DNA from: a virus
Lineage: Duplodnaviria > Caudoviricetes
IMG/VR virus record: IMGVR_UViG_3300037067_016777
Span: 96,001-160,000 of that record
Strand: one strand, 5' to 3'
DNA: 64,000 nucleotides
Under the pieces are notes generated by a model. That model worked only from the letters and a program-made list of their open reading frames with translations. It searched no databases and was not told where the DNA came from. The translations under genes were made by a program, and so were the position numbers. Each line of letters starts with the position of its first letter. Position 1 is the stretch's first letter. Below, in pieces: positions 10,782 through 20,917 of this stretch.

Positions 10782-11204
10782 TCAAACGTCGTCGAAGTTA
10801 TTCAAATCTCTTTGCTGTTTGACTCTCGGACTCTCTAGATAGCGTACTAGTTGTTTTTGAAATTTTGAGTCGGCGTACCATTCAAGCCTACTCATCGGCA
10901 CCTCATTAATTGGTTTGCTGATAAATTCACCGAATGGCATTTTAGATAGTCCGAAGACATCAGCTTGCTCGTCGGTCATCGGCTCTAGACTAACAGGCTC
11001 TTTTACCAGCAGTCCATCTCTAGCAAATTTCGAGAGCTTGATTTCATCCCAGAACGCATCACGAGCAGTTATTGGGATTTCATTAACTTCATCGGACATT
11101 ATAGAAATTATAGTGCGTGCTCGTTCACGCGCCATAATCCGATTTTGTATTGTGATCGGATCTATCACAACGTCAATCGGTTTTTTCTTGTTTGGTAGTA
11201 TCAT
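10782..11204 (-). CDS. Hypothetical protein with DUF3820-like MPFG motif
   Basis: MPFGEF..KPINEVP..RLEW. Confidence 0.55.
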   Translation of the reverse strand: MILPNKKKPIDVVIDPITIQNRIMARERARTIISIMSDEVNEIPITARDAFWDEIKLSKFARDGLLVKEPVSLEPMTDEQADVFGLSKMPFGEFISKPINEVPMSRLEWYADSKFQKQLVRYLESPRVKQQRDLNNFDDV

Positions 11205-11373
11205 CTACTTCTTGTCGATGAATTGCATCCCAGACTTCGCGGCGGTGTACGCTGATCTCTTTGGGGGCCTCTACTCCCAAACGCACTTTATCGCCTCGTA
11301 TCTCAACAATAACAATAGTGATATTATCACCAATAACAATACTCTCGTTCTTTTTACGAGATAGTACTAACAT
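11173..11373 (-). CDS. csrA: Carbon storage regulator (translational regulator)
   Basis: [47 protein letters not shown] is the canonical CsrA pattern. Confidence 0.95.
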   Translation of the reverse strand: MLVLSRKKNESIVIGDNITIVIVEIRGDKVRLGVEAPKEISVHRREVWDAIHRQEVDDTTKQEKTD

Positions 11374-11432
11374 AGAACCATCCTTGTCTTATTAGACTTA
11401 TGGATAACCACGTAAGCCGTAACGCACAAGCG

Positions 11433-12110
11433 TTATCTCTTCGTGTAGCCAGTTTTCTCTAATCGCTTGCGTGCATCATCTAGTGTCCCCTTCAATGGGT
11501 AAACAGAAGTTCCGGATGGTGCTGCTGCGACACCATCTTTGAACGCCTGTAATTGGGAGAGGAAAGCTTCTTCCGTATTTGTTTTCTTCTTTCCGAGCGC
11601 TCCATTGTAGGTGTTGAAACATAGCTTGCGTGGAGGTTCGTCGGCAATGAGTACATGTGACTGTACATCGGTATGTGGATCGCTGAACTTCAGCTGTTGC
11701 TTAGTCCATAATTCGACGCCATATTGAGCGACAACTGTGAAGTCGACAACGGTAGCTGTGTCTGTTTTAGACATTTGTTTTTCCTGTCGTGTTGTGGACG
11801 TACTGTCCGGGTTGTTGAAGTGTTCGTTGCTAGTTATTTGTAGCTTACCATGTACAGGACATTCTGCAGTGTCTCCATCGATAGCCAATATCCTTGAACA
11901 AAGCGGACATGCAGCTTTCATCCTATCGCCATGCTTGACAGCGGCTAGTTTTCCCAGGGAATCTACTGGCAGTATGCGTTCTTTATGTACTCTTGACTGA
12001 TTGCCATCCTCATCAGATACATAAATACAATTCTTTCTATCGGCTGGGCCAATTACTTCAAAAAGATTGCTAGAAACTCCACCTTCTGGTGTCAATAATC
12101 GTACTTGCAT
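11433..12110 (-). CDS. Hypothetical protein with Zn-ribbon
   Basis: CPLC...CPVHG; AGGAG RBS. Confidence 0.6.
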   Translation of the reverse strand: MQVRLLTPEGGVSSNLFEVIGPADRKNCIYVSDEDGNQSRVHKERILPVDSLGKLAAVKHGDRMKAACPLCSRILAIDGDTAECPVHGKLQITSNEHFNNPDSTSTTRQEKQMSKTDTATVVDFTVVAQYGVELWTKQQLKFSDPHTDVQSHVLIADEPPRKLCFNTYNGALGKKKTNTEEAFLSQLQAFKDGVAAAPSGTSVYPLKGTLDDARKRLEKTGYTKR

Positions 12111-12933
12111 ATTGTTTCTCCTGAAATCCTTTCCATATTACTAAAATACTTATTGACATTATTTTAATCTCAATGCAGCCTTGAGCGACGGAATAAATCT
12201 ATCTGCTCTAACAACATCTGCTTTATAAATATCCTTTATCCTATCTAATACCAATCCGACCTGGTCTTCGATTTGTGCAAGTTGGGCTGATGTCAATCGT
12301 TCTACGGTACATAAATCTATGACAAGACAAGTACGGTTAAATCCGCCCGTTTCTTCTACTACTGGTACATTCGGTGGATAAGGTGGATATGGAGTATTAG
12401 GCATGGAAAATCAAGGGTTCGAAGAGGAAGAGGTATCGCTTGATGAACCTCTTGAGTTATCACATCCTATGATACAGATTCCTATTTCTTACGAGGATTC
12501 TGAAGACTACGCGCCTTTTGACGACGATATTGATCCTGAAGTGATTTGATTACTGTCTGTATTTGTTTTTGGCGGGGCTGCTCCGCCTCTTGGGGTGGTG
12601 GCAGCGGATTTATGACAACATATTGCAATGTTCGACAGGCTAGAGATGCACATTCGACTAGATTAAGCCCCTTTTCTATTTTGTCGGCAACGCAGACCTG
12701 CAGTTTTATTTTGAAATTTCTGGCGAAGCATCGTCTATATTTCTCTGCTGCTTCGGCTTCGGTAAAAACAGGCAACGTACCTATTCCTTTTTCATCTTCA
12801 ACAGAAAATAGTCTCTTTAGATCGAAGGCGATAACAAAGAACGGTACTTTCAATATTGTTGTCTTGGCCATAATTATCAAATACATCATCTTGCGATTAC
12901 CCGCAAATTTTACCATATAGCGCAGTATTTCAC

Positions 12934-12960
12934 AATACCACCACCCATTGTGGTGGTATT
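12934..12960. promoter_or_regulatory. Perfect 11-bp inverted repeat between divergent genes (operator or hairpin)
   Basis: AATACCACCAC-ccatt-GTGGTGGTATT. Confidence 0.5.
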
Positions 12961-12987
12961 ATCACTCTTTGAGGTGGTAGGTGAGCG

Positions 12988-13962
12988 ATGAGATTAGAAG
13001 ATATTAGTCGACTGGATGAAGCACTAGAATTAGACAAACAATATCTTGTTATCGAAAGCCTTTTGGCCGATATAATTGACGCCACTAAAACAAAATTCCA
13101 AACCTATATAGATGGACATAACAAAGTTGTCGAGAAACTTGGATTGCTACATTATGTTAAAACAGCCAGACAGCTAAATGTATCATTATTAGACGACTCG
13201 CCAGAAGCAAACGATTGGTGGGAATCTGCCGTCAATATAATCAATAGAAAACATGGTGGAAAGGCTACTAAGAAAGAGCGAGCAGAGCTGATTACTAAGG
13301 CAAGAGCTAAGATTGGTCCGATGATTAATAGGGATTTGGAAAATACACAAAATAAACTCGCAGATTTATATGCGCGTCGCACTGGAAATAGTAGTGCTAA
13401 TGTCGATAGGATGTTTGAAATATTATTTGGTACATCAGAATCAGAAAAAGCCCCGAAACCACGAAGAAGAAGGAAATCTCATTACTATGAGAGCAAGGTT
13501 TATGAAGAGGGATGGGGCCAGACTATTTCAACTGCGATTGATATGCTCGATCCAAAAAAACGCATATATAAAGGTGCAGAAATCGTTCGGTCGAGCAATA
13601 ACGAAAGAATAGCAACGATAGCCATCTCTTTATTATCGCGACAATTAGATACGATTAATGTCGACCGCAAGCTCAAGATGGCTAATAGAGCAGCAAAAAA
13701 GCCACCAATACCAGCTACGCCGTTGACTAATAAGTATAAGATGGCTATGTTTATAAATAAGTGCATGCTGGACGCTAGTAAAGGAATTAACAAAGATAAA
13801 GGTCAAGAATATTGGATGAATAAGATACAATCTAAAGCAAAACGAATGGGCGTTAGAATTAGGATGAATCATTTGCCAGCAAAGCCTTATCCGCGAGATT
13901 TCGATGAATTTAGACAGCAATATGGCCCGAAGCCAGCACTGAGACCAGGACAACGAGCATGA
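12988..13962 (+). CDS. Hypothetical basic protein (possible virion internal protein)
   Basis: 324-aa ORF; N-terminus MRLEDISRLDE. Confidence 0.6.
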   Translation: MRLEDISRLDEALELDKQYLVIESLLADIIDATKTKFQTYIDGHNKVVEKLGLLHYVKTARQLNVSLLDDSPEANDWWESAVNIINRKHGGKATKKERAELITKARAKIGPMINRDLENTQNKLADLYARRTGNSSANVDRMFEILFGTSESEKAPKPRRRRKSHYYESKVYEEGWGQTISTAIDMLDPKKRIYKGAEIVRSSNNERIATIAISLLSRQLDTINVDRKLKMANRAAKKPPIPATPLTNKYKMAMFINKCMLDASKGINKDKGQEYWMNKIQSKAKRMGVRIRMNHLPAKPYPRDFDEFRQQYGPKPALRPGQRA

Positions 13963-14318
13963 GCTATTTCGAACGAACATTATTTGAAGCATTAAATAAC
14001 GAATTAGATGATTTTTGGCTGCATTGGAAGGATGTTGAGAATCAGCCAGATAGTCCAGAAAAAATGGAAGAACTTAGGAAGATAGACGAGAGATTTGTGA
14101 GATATCACAAAGAAGATCTAGAAGAACTTCGAGAATCTTTTGTCAGGGCTATGAACAAATGCCCAGACCAGGAAAAATTTAAGAAGAAGCTGCAAGAATC
14201 GAACAAAATCTATAATTTGATATCTTGGGTATTAAGAGAACTGAATAAAAATCGCCCCGAAAATTTGCCAACTTGGATGTTAAGACACCTCGTTAGCAAA
14301 GCCGAACAACAGAGTTAA
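13959..14318 (+). CDS. Hypothetical protein
   Basis: ATGA overlap with the previous gene. Confidence 0.6.
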   Translation: MSYFERTLFEALNNELDDFWLHWKDVENQPDSPEKMEELRKIDERFVRYHKEDLEELRESFVRAMNKCPDQEKFKKKLQESNKIYNLISWVLRELNKNRPENLPTWMLRHLVSKAEQQS

Positions 14319-14342
14319 TCACCTCAACCAAAAAGTACTTAT

Positions 14343-14606
14343 ATGAATCACCCCACTGTTTTGTTTGGATCTGGTTTTGTTGGCGTTCCAGCACAACAAA
14401 AGATAACTATTAACCAGGCTCCTATTGTATCAGAAAAGAAGACTGGCACCATCAAACCAGCCAACAGAGGCAAGTTTACAGCAAAAGCCAAAAAGGCTGG
14501 TTTGAGTGTCCCCGCGATGGCGTCGAAGGCATTGAAGCCGGGCAGCAAAGCCTCAAAGGCGACAAAGAAGCAAGCGGTCTTTGCTAAGAACGCTCAGAAG
14601 TGGTAA
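14343..14606 (+). CDS. Small Lys/Ala-rich basic protein
   Basis: GKFTAKAKKAG...KKQAVFAKNAQKW. Confidence 0.55.
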   Translation: MNHPTVLFGSGFVGVPAQQKITINQAPIVSEKKTGTIKPANRGKFTAKAKKAGLSVPAMASKALKPGSKASKATKKQAVFAKNAQKW

Positions 14607-14654
14607 TAGGCTCTACTGAGCCAAGACCTGTATCTAATTAACTGTAGCTGTTTG

Positions 14655-14683
14655 TCGTGCTATAACTACAGAGAATACAGGAG
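14655..14683 (+). promoter_or_regulatory. Putative extended -10 promoter plus RBS
   Basis: TCGTGCTATAAC repeats the TCGTGCTATAA core at 3695-3705; AGGAG at 14679. Confidence 0.45.
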
Positions 14684-14688
14684 CAATT

Positions 14689-15381
14689 ATGTCTCAATAT
14701 ACTGTCATCGTTCGTCTGAAGGACGCTAATATAGAGTCGCTTGGCTTGAGAGGCACTTTTTTGGTCGAGCTGGCCGTGACAGCGACGTCCAAAGAAGAGG
14801 CGACAAATCTTTGTTCAAAATATGGGCGTGTCGCCAGTGCATATGACCATGGCGAAGAGCGAGGATTGTCGCAAGAAAGGAAAAAGCAGTTAGTGGCGGT
14901 GGCGTTCTATCGTCCCAACTCTAGAAACGAAGAAATATACACCTACTACATTTGTGAAAAGTGTAAGTCGTATATGACACACCAGAACGTATGGTGTAGC
15001 CAATGCGGCTCGAAATACATCGCCAAAAAAGGGCGGGCGAGTGAGTTCGAAAAGGATGGCTATGAAGACGCATACAGTCTATTCTGGTATCAGAAGTGCA
15101 AGGAGCATAGCTTCTTCGAGGTAAGCGTCGAACTAAAATCGAATGTGAGTATCAACCTAGAAGATGGCAAACTCGACCCGTTAGGGCTTGTTACCTGCAG
15201 GTTGTGGTTAGGGATAAAAGCACCCACCAGACATAAAGCCGTGGAGACTGGTGCCAAATTTGGAGAGGTCTACCATTGCAGCTATAATAGAGGCGATGAT
15301 GGTCGCAAGTTCTTTGGAATTATGATCGGCACGCCTCAGGAACCCACCGTTGCATCACAGCCCGATGTGTCGGGTTCGTAG
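14689..15381 (+). CDS. Hypothetical protein with Zn-ribbon and internal duplication
   Basis: CEKC...CSQC; the N- and C-terminal halves look alike (ESLGL..LAVTATSKEEA..SKYGRV and DPLGL..LGIKAPTRHKA..AKFGEV). Confidence 0.6.
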   Translation: MSQYTVIVRLKDANIESLGLRGTFLVELAVTATSKEEATNLCSKYGRVASAYDHGEERGLSQERKKQLVAVAFYRPNSRNEEIYTYYICEKCKSYMTHQNVWCSQCGSKYIAKKGRASEFEKDGYEDAYSLFWYQKCKEHSFFEVSVELKSNVSINLEDGKLDPLGLVTCRLWLGIKAPTRHKAVETGAKFGEVYHCSYNRGDDGRKFFGIMIGTPQEPTVASQPDVSGS

Positions 15382-16210
15382 ACCACTTCAAGAATTTCTT
15401 GACTATAGCTGGCCACTCTACATCGCCATATGTTTTAGCCATATAAGCAATCATATTGCGGTGTAAATTCCGCAATTCGGTTGTCTCGTCATCGGTTTGT
15501 CTTAAGACAACAGGCTTGTGGCACCTGATAACTCTATATTCAGTGCCATCTATAGTTAAAACGAGAGATATTGTTATAACTCTTGATATAGGATCGTAAA
15601 CGCCAATTAGTTCAGCTAAACAATCCGGTACAGTCGATTTTTTAGCTAGTTTCTCACGTAGCCAGACGAGTCTTGTGTCTAATAAGCTGGTCACTCCATT
15701 ATCACCCTGCTCGTTGCCTGACTTATTAGGCTCTCGGCTGTAGTTCTTGGTAGCCCTTCAAGTATGCACGACCACATCCCGCCCTGCGAAATCTCGATTT
15801 TATACATACCTGAATTAATATCTTGGCCTGGCATTGGCATCGTCCTGATACCTCTTGGACCAGCCTTCCGCATTTGAACTAGCGCTTCTGAAATGTTGAT
15901 GGCCATATTAAATCTCCGAAATCGGCGATGGTAGGATATCTAATCCTTTATGTTCTTTACAGTTGCAACGTGTGAAATAGCCATGGCCATTGACATACTC
16001 AGGATGTGTCGTGTTATGGCAGCACCAACCACCATCTAGGTCAACACATCCACCATGCTTACCACTGCAAATCGGTGATATGAAACCGCAGCTGCCATAT
16101 CGTTGAACTGGTACCCACGGTGCTAATGGTTCAGTCGATGGCTCCGACATTTTCTTCCTGATCTCTGCTCTGATAGCCTCAATATCATATGGCATGTGGC
16201 TCTCGCAGTT

Positions 16211-17071
16211 TCAAAGTATTTTTGGTAGTTGTATTCTTTGAAGTAATGATTCGAATGCGTCGAAAGCACGTAAAAACGTTTTCTCTCTTGTTGTTGCGTT
16301 TCCGTAGCGATTACCCAATCCTGGCTCCAAACAAAACCATCCGTTGAATTTTGATGCTATGGCGTCTGCTACTAGAATGTCTAGTTGAGCATCACCTAAT
16401 CCAGCCGGTTTCGCCGAATCTCCGGTTTTGAAATCGTGTATATCAATAAAACTGACTCTCGATTTCAAAAGAGACCAAAATTTTACAAATGGATTAATCC
16501 TAGATCGTATCACTAACAACGCCGGATCAAACAACAGATTTAAACGTCTAGATTTCTGTAGTAACATAGCAATTGATGCTGCTTGATTATAATAGCTATT
16601 ATTTTCTGGTTCTAATACCAGTGCTATGTCATATGATATGCTTAATCCAGAAATAATAGATATCCATTTCTGGACTATTTCACCATTTGGTGATGGGCTG
16701 AATTTTGGAGTAATTTGCGGTGTTGAAGATATATCTACTGCTGGCTTCGATGAAGTTCCAATACCAATGCGTAGCGATCGACATTTAAGGAATTTACATA
16801 TTTGTAGTGCTCTGACAAATTTTTGTTCTTCAGCTAACAGTTTTTCAGGGTCGACACAACCAATATCAGTATGCAACAATATTGGTGATAATTTGTGTTT
16901 AATTAATATATTGTCAAGTATGCTGATAGCGTTATCTGGCATACTTGATATGTCACGACACCAAGCGCGGCGTAGGCAAACATTAGTAATGCTTTTTGAT
17001 ATTAATAGCTCACCAGCCTTATCAGGATCATCGAACACTTCGTCGGTATAGGCGGCTAGCTTTACGTTCAT
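16211..17071 (-). CDS. Xylose-isomerase/AP-endonuclease-2-like TIM-barrel protein
   Basis: AYTDE, LVLEPE, LLFDPA, IDIHD, GLGD and CLEP. Confidence 0.7.
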   Translation of the reverse strand: MNVKLAAYTDEVFDDPDKAGELLISKSITNVCLRRAWCRDISSMPDNAISILDNILIKHKLSPILLHTDIGCVDPEKLLAEEQKFVRALQICKFLKCRSLRIGIGTSSKPAVDISSTPQITPKFSPSPNGEIVQKWISIISGLSISYDIALVLEPENNSYYNQAASIAMLLQKSRRLNLLFDPALLVIRSRINPFVKFWSLLKSRVSFIDIHDFKTGDSAKPAGLGDAQLDILVADAIASKFNGWFCLEPGLGNRYGNATTREKTFLRAFDAFESLLQRIQLPKIL

Positions 17072-18294
17072 AACTCGACTATTTGGCTATGCTTCGGTCC
17101 AGTTCTGACCCAATGCAGTCCGAAGAATTGCGACATATCAGACAAGTCATCGCAGCTTTCGTTCACATCGCTTTCGTATGTTCCGTTATTTTCGAGGACC
17201 GGTTGCAAATGTAGACGCAACCAGCTGATGACCTTAGGTGTGAAGACTTCTTCGTATGTCGTCTTTCCTTTGACGGTTCTGTCGACGAAATTGATGAAGT
17301 TGAGGCTGTATAAGACGTTGCCGTTTCTGAGCAGACCACCAGCCAGAGCGTTCACATATTTCGCTCTTTCGGTCGGGAATTCGAAGATGCGTCTGACCTT
17401 CTTGGTAACTGATGTCATCATTGCATATCTGTATTCTTCGACGAACTCGTCGAAGTTGTCGTATCCAGCCTGCTTCGCTACAGCTTCCCACCCAATTTCT
17501 CTTGCTTCCCAGTAGTTACCGGTGTAGCACTGTTCACCGGTAGCAGCCGACTCGTTGCTAATGCGTATCGGGTTAGTGCGTAAATTGATGATGACGTTTG
17601 TAACTGCTCTACCAGGAAGACCGGCATCTGCTACAAGTTGTGTCGGGTGTGTTTGCCGCGAAGTGCAGTATGGATATTCGGCGAAGTTGAGGTCAAGATC
17701 GACGCCTTGCGAACCTTCAACGAGAACTCGCATGCCCTGTTTGGCTATGCCGTGATTCAACTCCATTGTTAAGTCGGCGATTGTGCAGAATTCGCGGAGT
17801 TCCTCGTAATCTCTCACCAGTTTTTGCTGCGGTAATCGCATGGCCTTTGCTGCGATAGCCGCACCACATCCCTTGAACGTACTACCAGTCTTGATGGTTT
17901 CACGTTCATGTTGTTTGTTCTCTTCAGTTATTACGTTGGCTAGCGGGTGGATGGTCAATCTTTCGCGAATCGGGAAGCCGAGCGATTCGAGATTTGCTAC
18001 TTCGCTGAACAACGTTTTCAGATCGATCGCAGCACCGGCGTTAATGTAGAGCCGCGTGTTCTTGTTGATGAATGCTGATGGAATGTGCTGGACCAGTATC
18101 CGCGTGCCGTCATCAAGCTCCGTGTAATGACCAGCATTACTGCACCAGTTATTTGTGGCCAGATGGAATGGATATTTATCGGCCAACCAAGAGTTGAGAG
18201 CCCCTTTGCCAGAAGACCCAGCACCTCCATCTGTTGTAACCACAACCATCCCACCTACGTCGTTTTTCTGAAAAGGACCACAATCGGTTTTCAT
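17068..18294 (-). CDS. purZ: Adenylosuccinate-synthetase homologue with PurZ-type signatures
   Basis: GSSGKG (Ser where PurA has the catalytic Asp of GDEGKG), NAGH, GSTFKGCG, EGSQG, YPYCTSR, TSVTKKVRRIF, and NFINF in place of PurA TKLD. Confidence 0.65.
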   Translation of the reverse strand: MKTDCGPFQKNDVGGMVVVTTDGGAGSSGKGALNSWLADKYPFHLATNNWCSNAGHYTELDDGTRILVQHIPSAFINKNTRLYINAGAAIDLKTLFSEVANLESLGFPIRERLTIHPLANVITEENKQHERETIKTGSTFKGCGAAIAAKAMRLPQQKLVRDYEELREFCTIADLTMELNHGIAKQGMRVLVEGSQGVDLDLNFAEYPYCTSRQTHPTQLVADAGLPGRAVTNVIINLRTNPIRISNESAATGEQCYTGNYWEAREIGWEAVAKQAGYDNFDEFVEEYRYAMMTSVTKKVRRIFEFPTERAKYVNALAGGLLRNGNVLYSLNFINFVDRTVKGKTTYEEVFTPKVISWLRLHLQPVLENNGTYESDVNESCDDLSDMSQFFGLHWVRTGPKHSQIVEL

Positions 18295-18336
18295 GTACTT
18301 AATCCTAATTATGTGTATTTAAGTCAAACATATTAT

Positions 18337-19233
18337 ATGTTTGACCACGAAATACAATGGCTGTGTGGTGTGATTGATGCAGAAGGTTCTTTTATACTTA
18401 CTTATGCCAAAGCCGAAAGAAAACGCCATTGTTGTAAAATACGAAGATGCTATCTTAAAATCTTAACAACAGATAACATCATCATACCAAAGATTTATGA
18501 GATACTTAAGTGCCATCACCAACCACACCCATCAAAATTATCAATCAGAATAACTGGTAATCAACTCCGATTGTTGCTTCCGAGGTTGATACCACATCTT
18601 TATACTAAGCAACCACAAGCTAAATTAGTTCTTGCAGCATTGAATATCAAAAATGGTCAGAATTCCTTTTATTCTAAAACAGAATCGCAGTTATGGCATT
18701 CATACTATAAAAAAGTCCGGCAGTTGAATGCGGTCGGCAAGAAAGCGATAAACGATATTGAATTGAGGGAACATATATTTAGTTGGCCGTGGCTGGCTGG
18801 AATGACTGATGGCGACGGAACCATTATCAATGGCCGATTCGGTTTAGGTGGCCGTGCTCTTAAACCGATATACAAGATTTCATTAGCGCATCTTTTAACA
18901 ATAAACTATTTAGGGGAGCAGTTAGGAGTCGGTTCGTTACGAGCCGGTGGCGGGAAAGGCAATAAAAGGCCGATCAGATCTATTAGATTGATGGCTGAGA
19001 AACAACGTGAAATATTACCGAAAATTATACCATATCTGCAACTCAAGAGAGAACAAGCAGAAATTGCTTTAGAAATAGCAACATTGCGTCATTCGCTACC
19101 ACCTGGAACCAACAGGTTAGATTCAGGTATTGGTGATAGAATTAAGAAAGCGCTGGATAGGATTGATGAATTGAATAAGCCAATTGGAAAATTAAGACCA
19201 AGACGCAAAAGACGTCCAATCGCCGTGATTTAA
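18337..19233 (+). CDS. Free-standing double-motif LAGLIDADG homing endonuclease
   Basis: WLCGVIDAEGSF and WLAGMTDGDGTI; two LP..IP.L..K..QA repeats; likely start at 18337. Confidence 0.85.
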   Translation: MFDHEIQWLCGVIDAEGSFILTYAKAERKRHCCKIRRCYLKILTTDNIIIPKIYEILKCHHQPHPSKLSIRITGNQLRLLLPRLIPHLYTKQPQAKLVLAALNIKNGQNSFYSKTESQLWHSYYKKVRQLNAVGKKAINDIELREHIFSWPWLAGMTDGDGTIINGRFGLGGRALKPIYKISLAHLLTINYLGEQLGVGSLRAGGGKGNKRPIRSIRLMAEKQREILPKIIPYLQLKREQAEIALEIATLRHSLPPGTNRLDSGIGDRIKKALDRIDELNKPIGKLRPRRKRRPIAVI

Positions 19234-19772
19234 TTTCAGACTAGTACTGCTTGGATGTCATACCCATCAGCAGCCCAGATATTGATTTGGTCGCTGTAAT
19301 TTGTCTTATTAGCCACCTTCACAGCCCTGGTAAGAGGTAAGATCTCGATTACTTCATCTAAAATCCCACCACGATTAATAGATCGTTTAATTGCAACTCG
19401 ATTGTTCTGCTGCAGACGCTGTTTGATTCTGATTGCTGTTTGGACTTGTTCGAGATCGTGTAAGAGAATTGTTAGGTTTTGCCCCAATTTCGCCTCTAAT
19501 ATCGCAAGCCATCGGTCAGATTTGATCAATAATTCAGCGTTGTCACCAAGTTCATCAATAATGTCGAATTCTATCATTTTATATTCCCTTGGCGTTTAAC
19601 TGTCCTTCATCAACCTCTACAAGCCAATGATTAGGCACCCATGTTAACTTTCCCAACAATTCAACCCTGCTAAATATAAGCCCAACCCCGCGAATAATCC
19701 CTATTTCGTTGTGCCAAATATGCTCTTGATTATAGATGCGCACCAATATACCAATTTTGATGTCACTAACAA

Positions 19773-20462
19773 TCATTTAAATAATTTTACAATCTTATCT
19801 GGATTCTCTTTTATTTCTTTGATGATAGTTTGGGCTTGCTTCAAACTAACACCATAACGACTTGCCTTACACGACGCTATAATTTTAGCTGAGCTAATAT
19901 TACCACACAACTTAATTGGTCTATTAATTATGGCTTGTATAGCTGCTAATGAAATATTATGAGCAGAGATATTTGCCTTTGCTTGAGCACACCTAAGGTT
20001 GATATCGGTACGTAATAAACTTGGAGCTGGTATTTCTCGAATCGCCGAGCACAAATTGTCAATATCAGCTTGCTCTTTCAATAGACAACCCAATACAAAT
20101 CTAATTTCTTGAATTCTAGGTAACTGTTTTCTAATGAAATCGGTGATTGCTAGAGTTTCTGCCTTAGTCTCACCCTGTGGTTTTGTCCCGAGTGCGATTT
20201 CAAATCCATCACATGATAGAGCATGAAGTGACATGCTGTGAAATTTTGTAATCCCAGTTTTACCTCCCTTTGGCCAGTCGACTGTAGTCAGAATTTTATA
20301 TGATGCCTGTCTTCTGACACGTTGCATTGATGCATCGGCGACAAGATCTGGGTGAACTACTATTGCACCCATTTTATAGACGTGAGCGAGCTCCATAGCT
20401 TCATTTAGCTCGCTCGCTTGCATTATATCTAATTCGAGTTTTTGGCTTATGTAGTATAACAT
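19773..20462 (-). CDS. Degenerate DeoC-like (deoxyribose-phosphate aldolase fold) protein
   Basis: AIVVHP, TTVDWPKG, IKLCGNI and RYGVS follow the DeoC pattern; the Schiff-base Lys position appears as LRTD. Confidence 0.55.
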   Translation of the reverse strand: MLYYISQKLELDIMQASELNEAMELAHVYKMGAIVVHPDLVADASMQRVRRQASYKILTTVDWPKGGKTGITKFHSMSLHALSCDGFEIALGTKPQGETKAETLAITDFIRKQLPRIQEIRFVLGCLLKEQADIDNLCSAIREIPAPSLLRTDINLRCAQAKANISAHNISLAAIQAIINRPIKLCGNISSAKIIASCKASRYGVSLKQAQTIIKEIKENPDKIVKLFK

Positions 20463-20917
20463 TTTCTGTGTCCATTCTTTAGAGTGTTGTTATTTTCAAA
20501 TACATAACAACTACTAGGAAAACAATATTAACACAAATAACTAGAAATTAGATAACAGTACGCATTTTTGGTAATGAACTACCGCAACGTGCTCACAATG
20601 ATCAGATTTCTCTTTTCGATAACAAAGGTTTCCGCATTAGCTAGCGCAGAGAACCACTGATATTCTTGCTCCGGTCCAATATTATACTTGGTTGGATCGC
20701 ACCACGTCACAAAGAAGAGTTCATCTGGCATCATCACTTCGGCTTCTTGATTTCCACGTTCTGTTTCTGGGTATGCCCTGGAATTGGATTATGGACAGCG
20801 AAGTTAGTGCCAACTGTCAATTGGTTGTAAGCGGTGCCACCGCCATGAGGACCAGCAAATGTCTTCTGCTGCTTCGTACCTTCCGGCATCACTGGCTTCG
20901 ATGGCATTTTGTTCTGG

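Noticed and set aside
18085-18336. N-terminal extension of the LAGLIDADG ORF overlapping purZ
   Set aside because: The first LAGLIDADG motif begins just after the ATG at 18337; the extension is antisense to purZ and probably untranslated.
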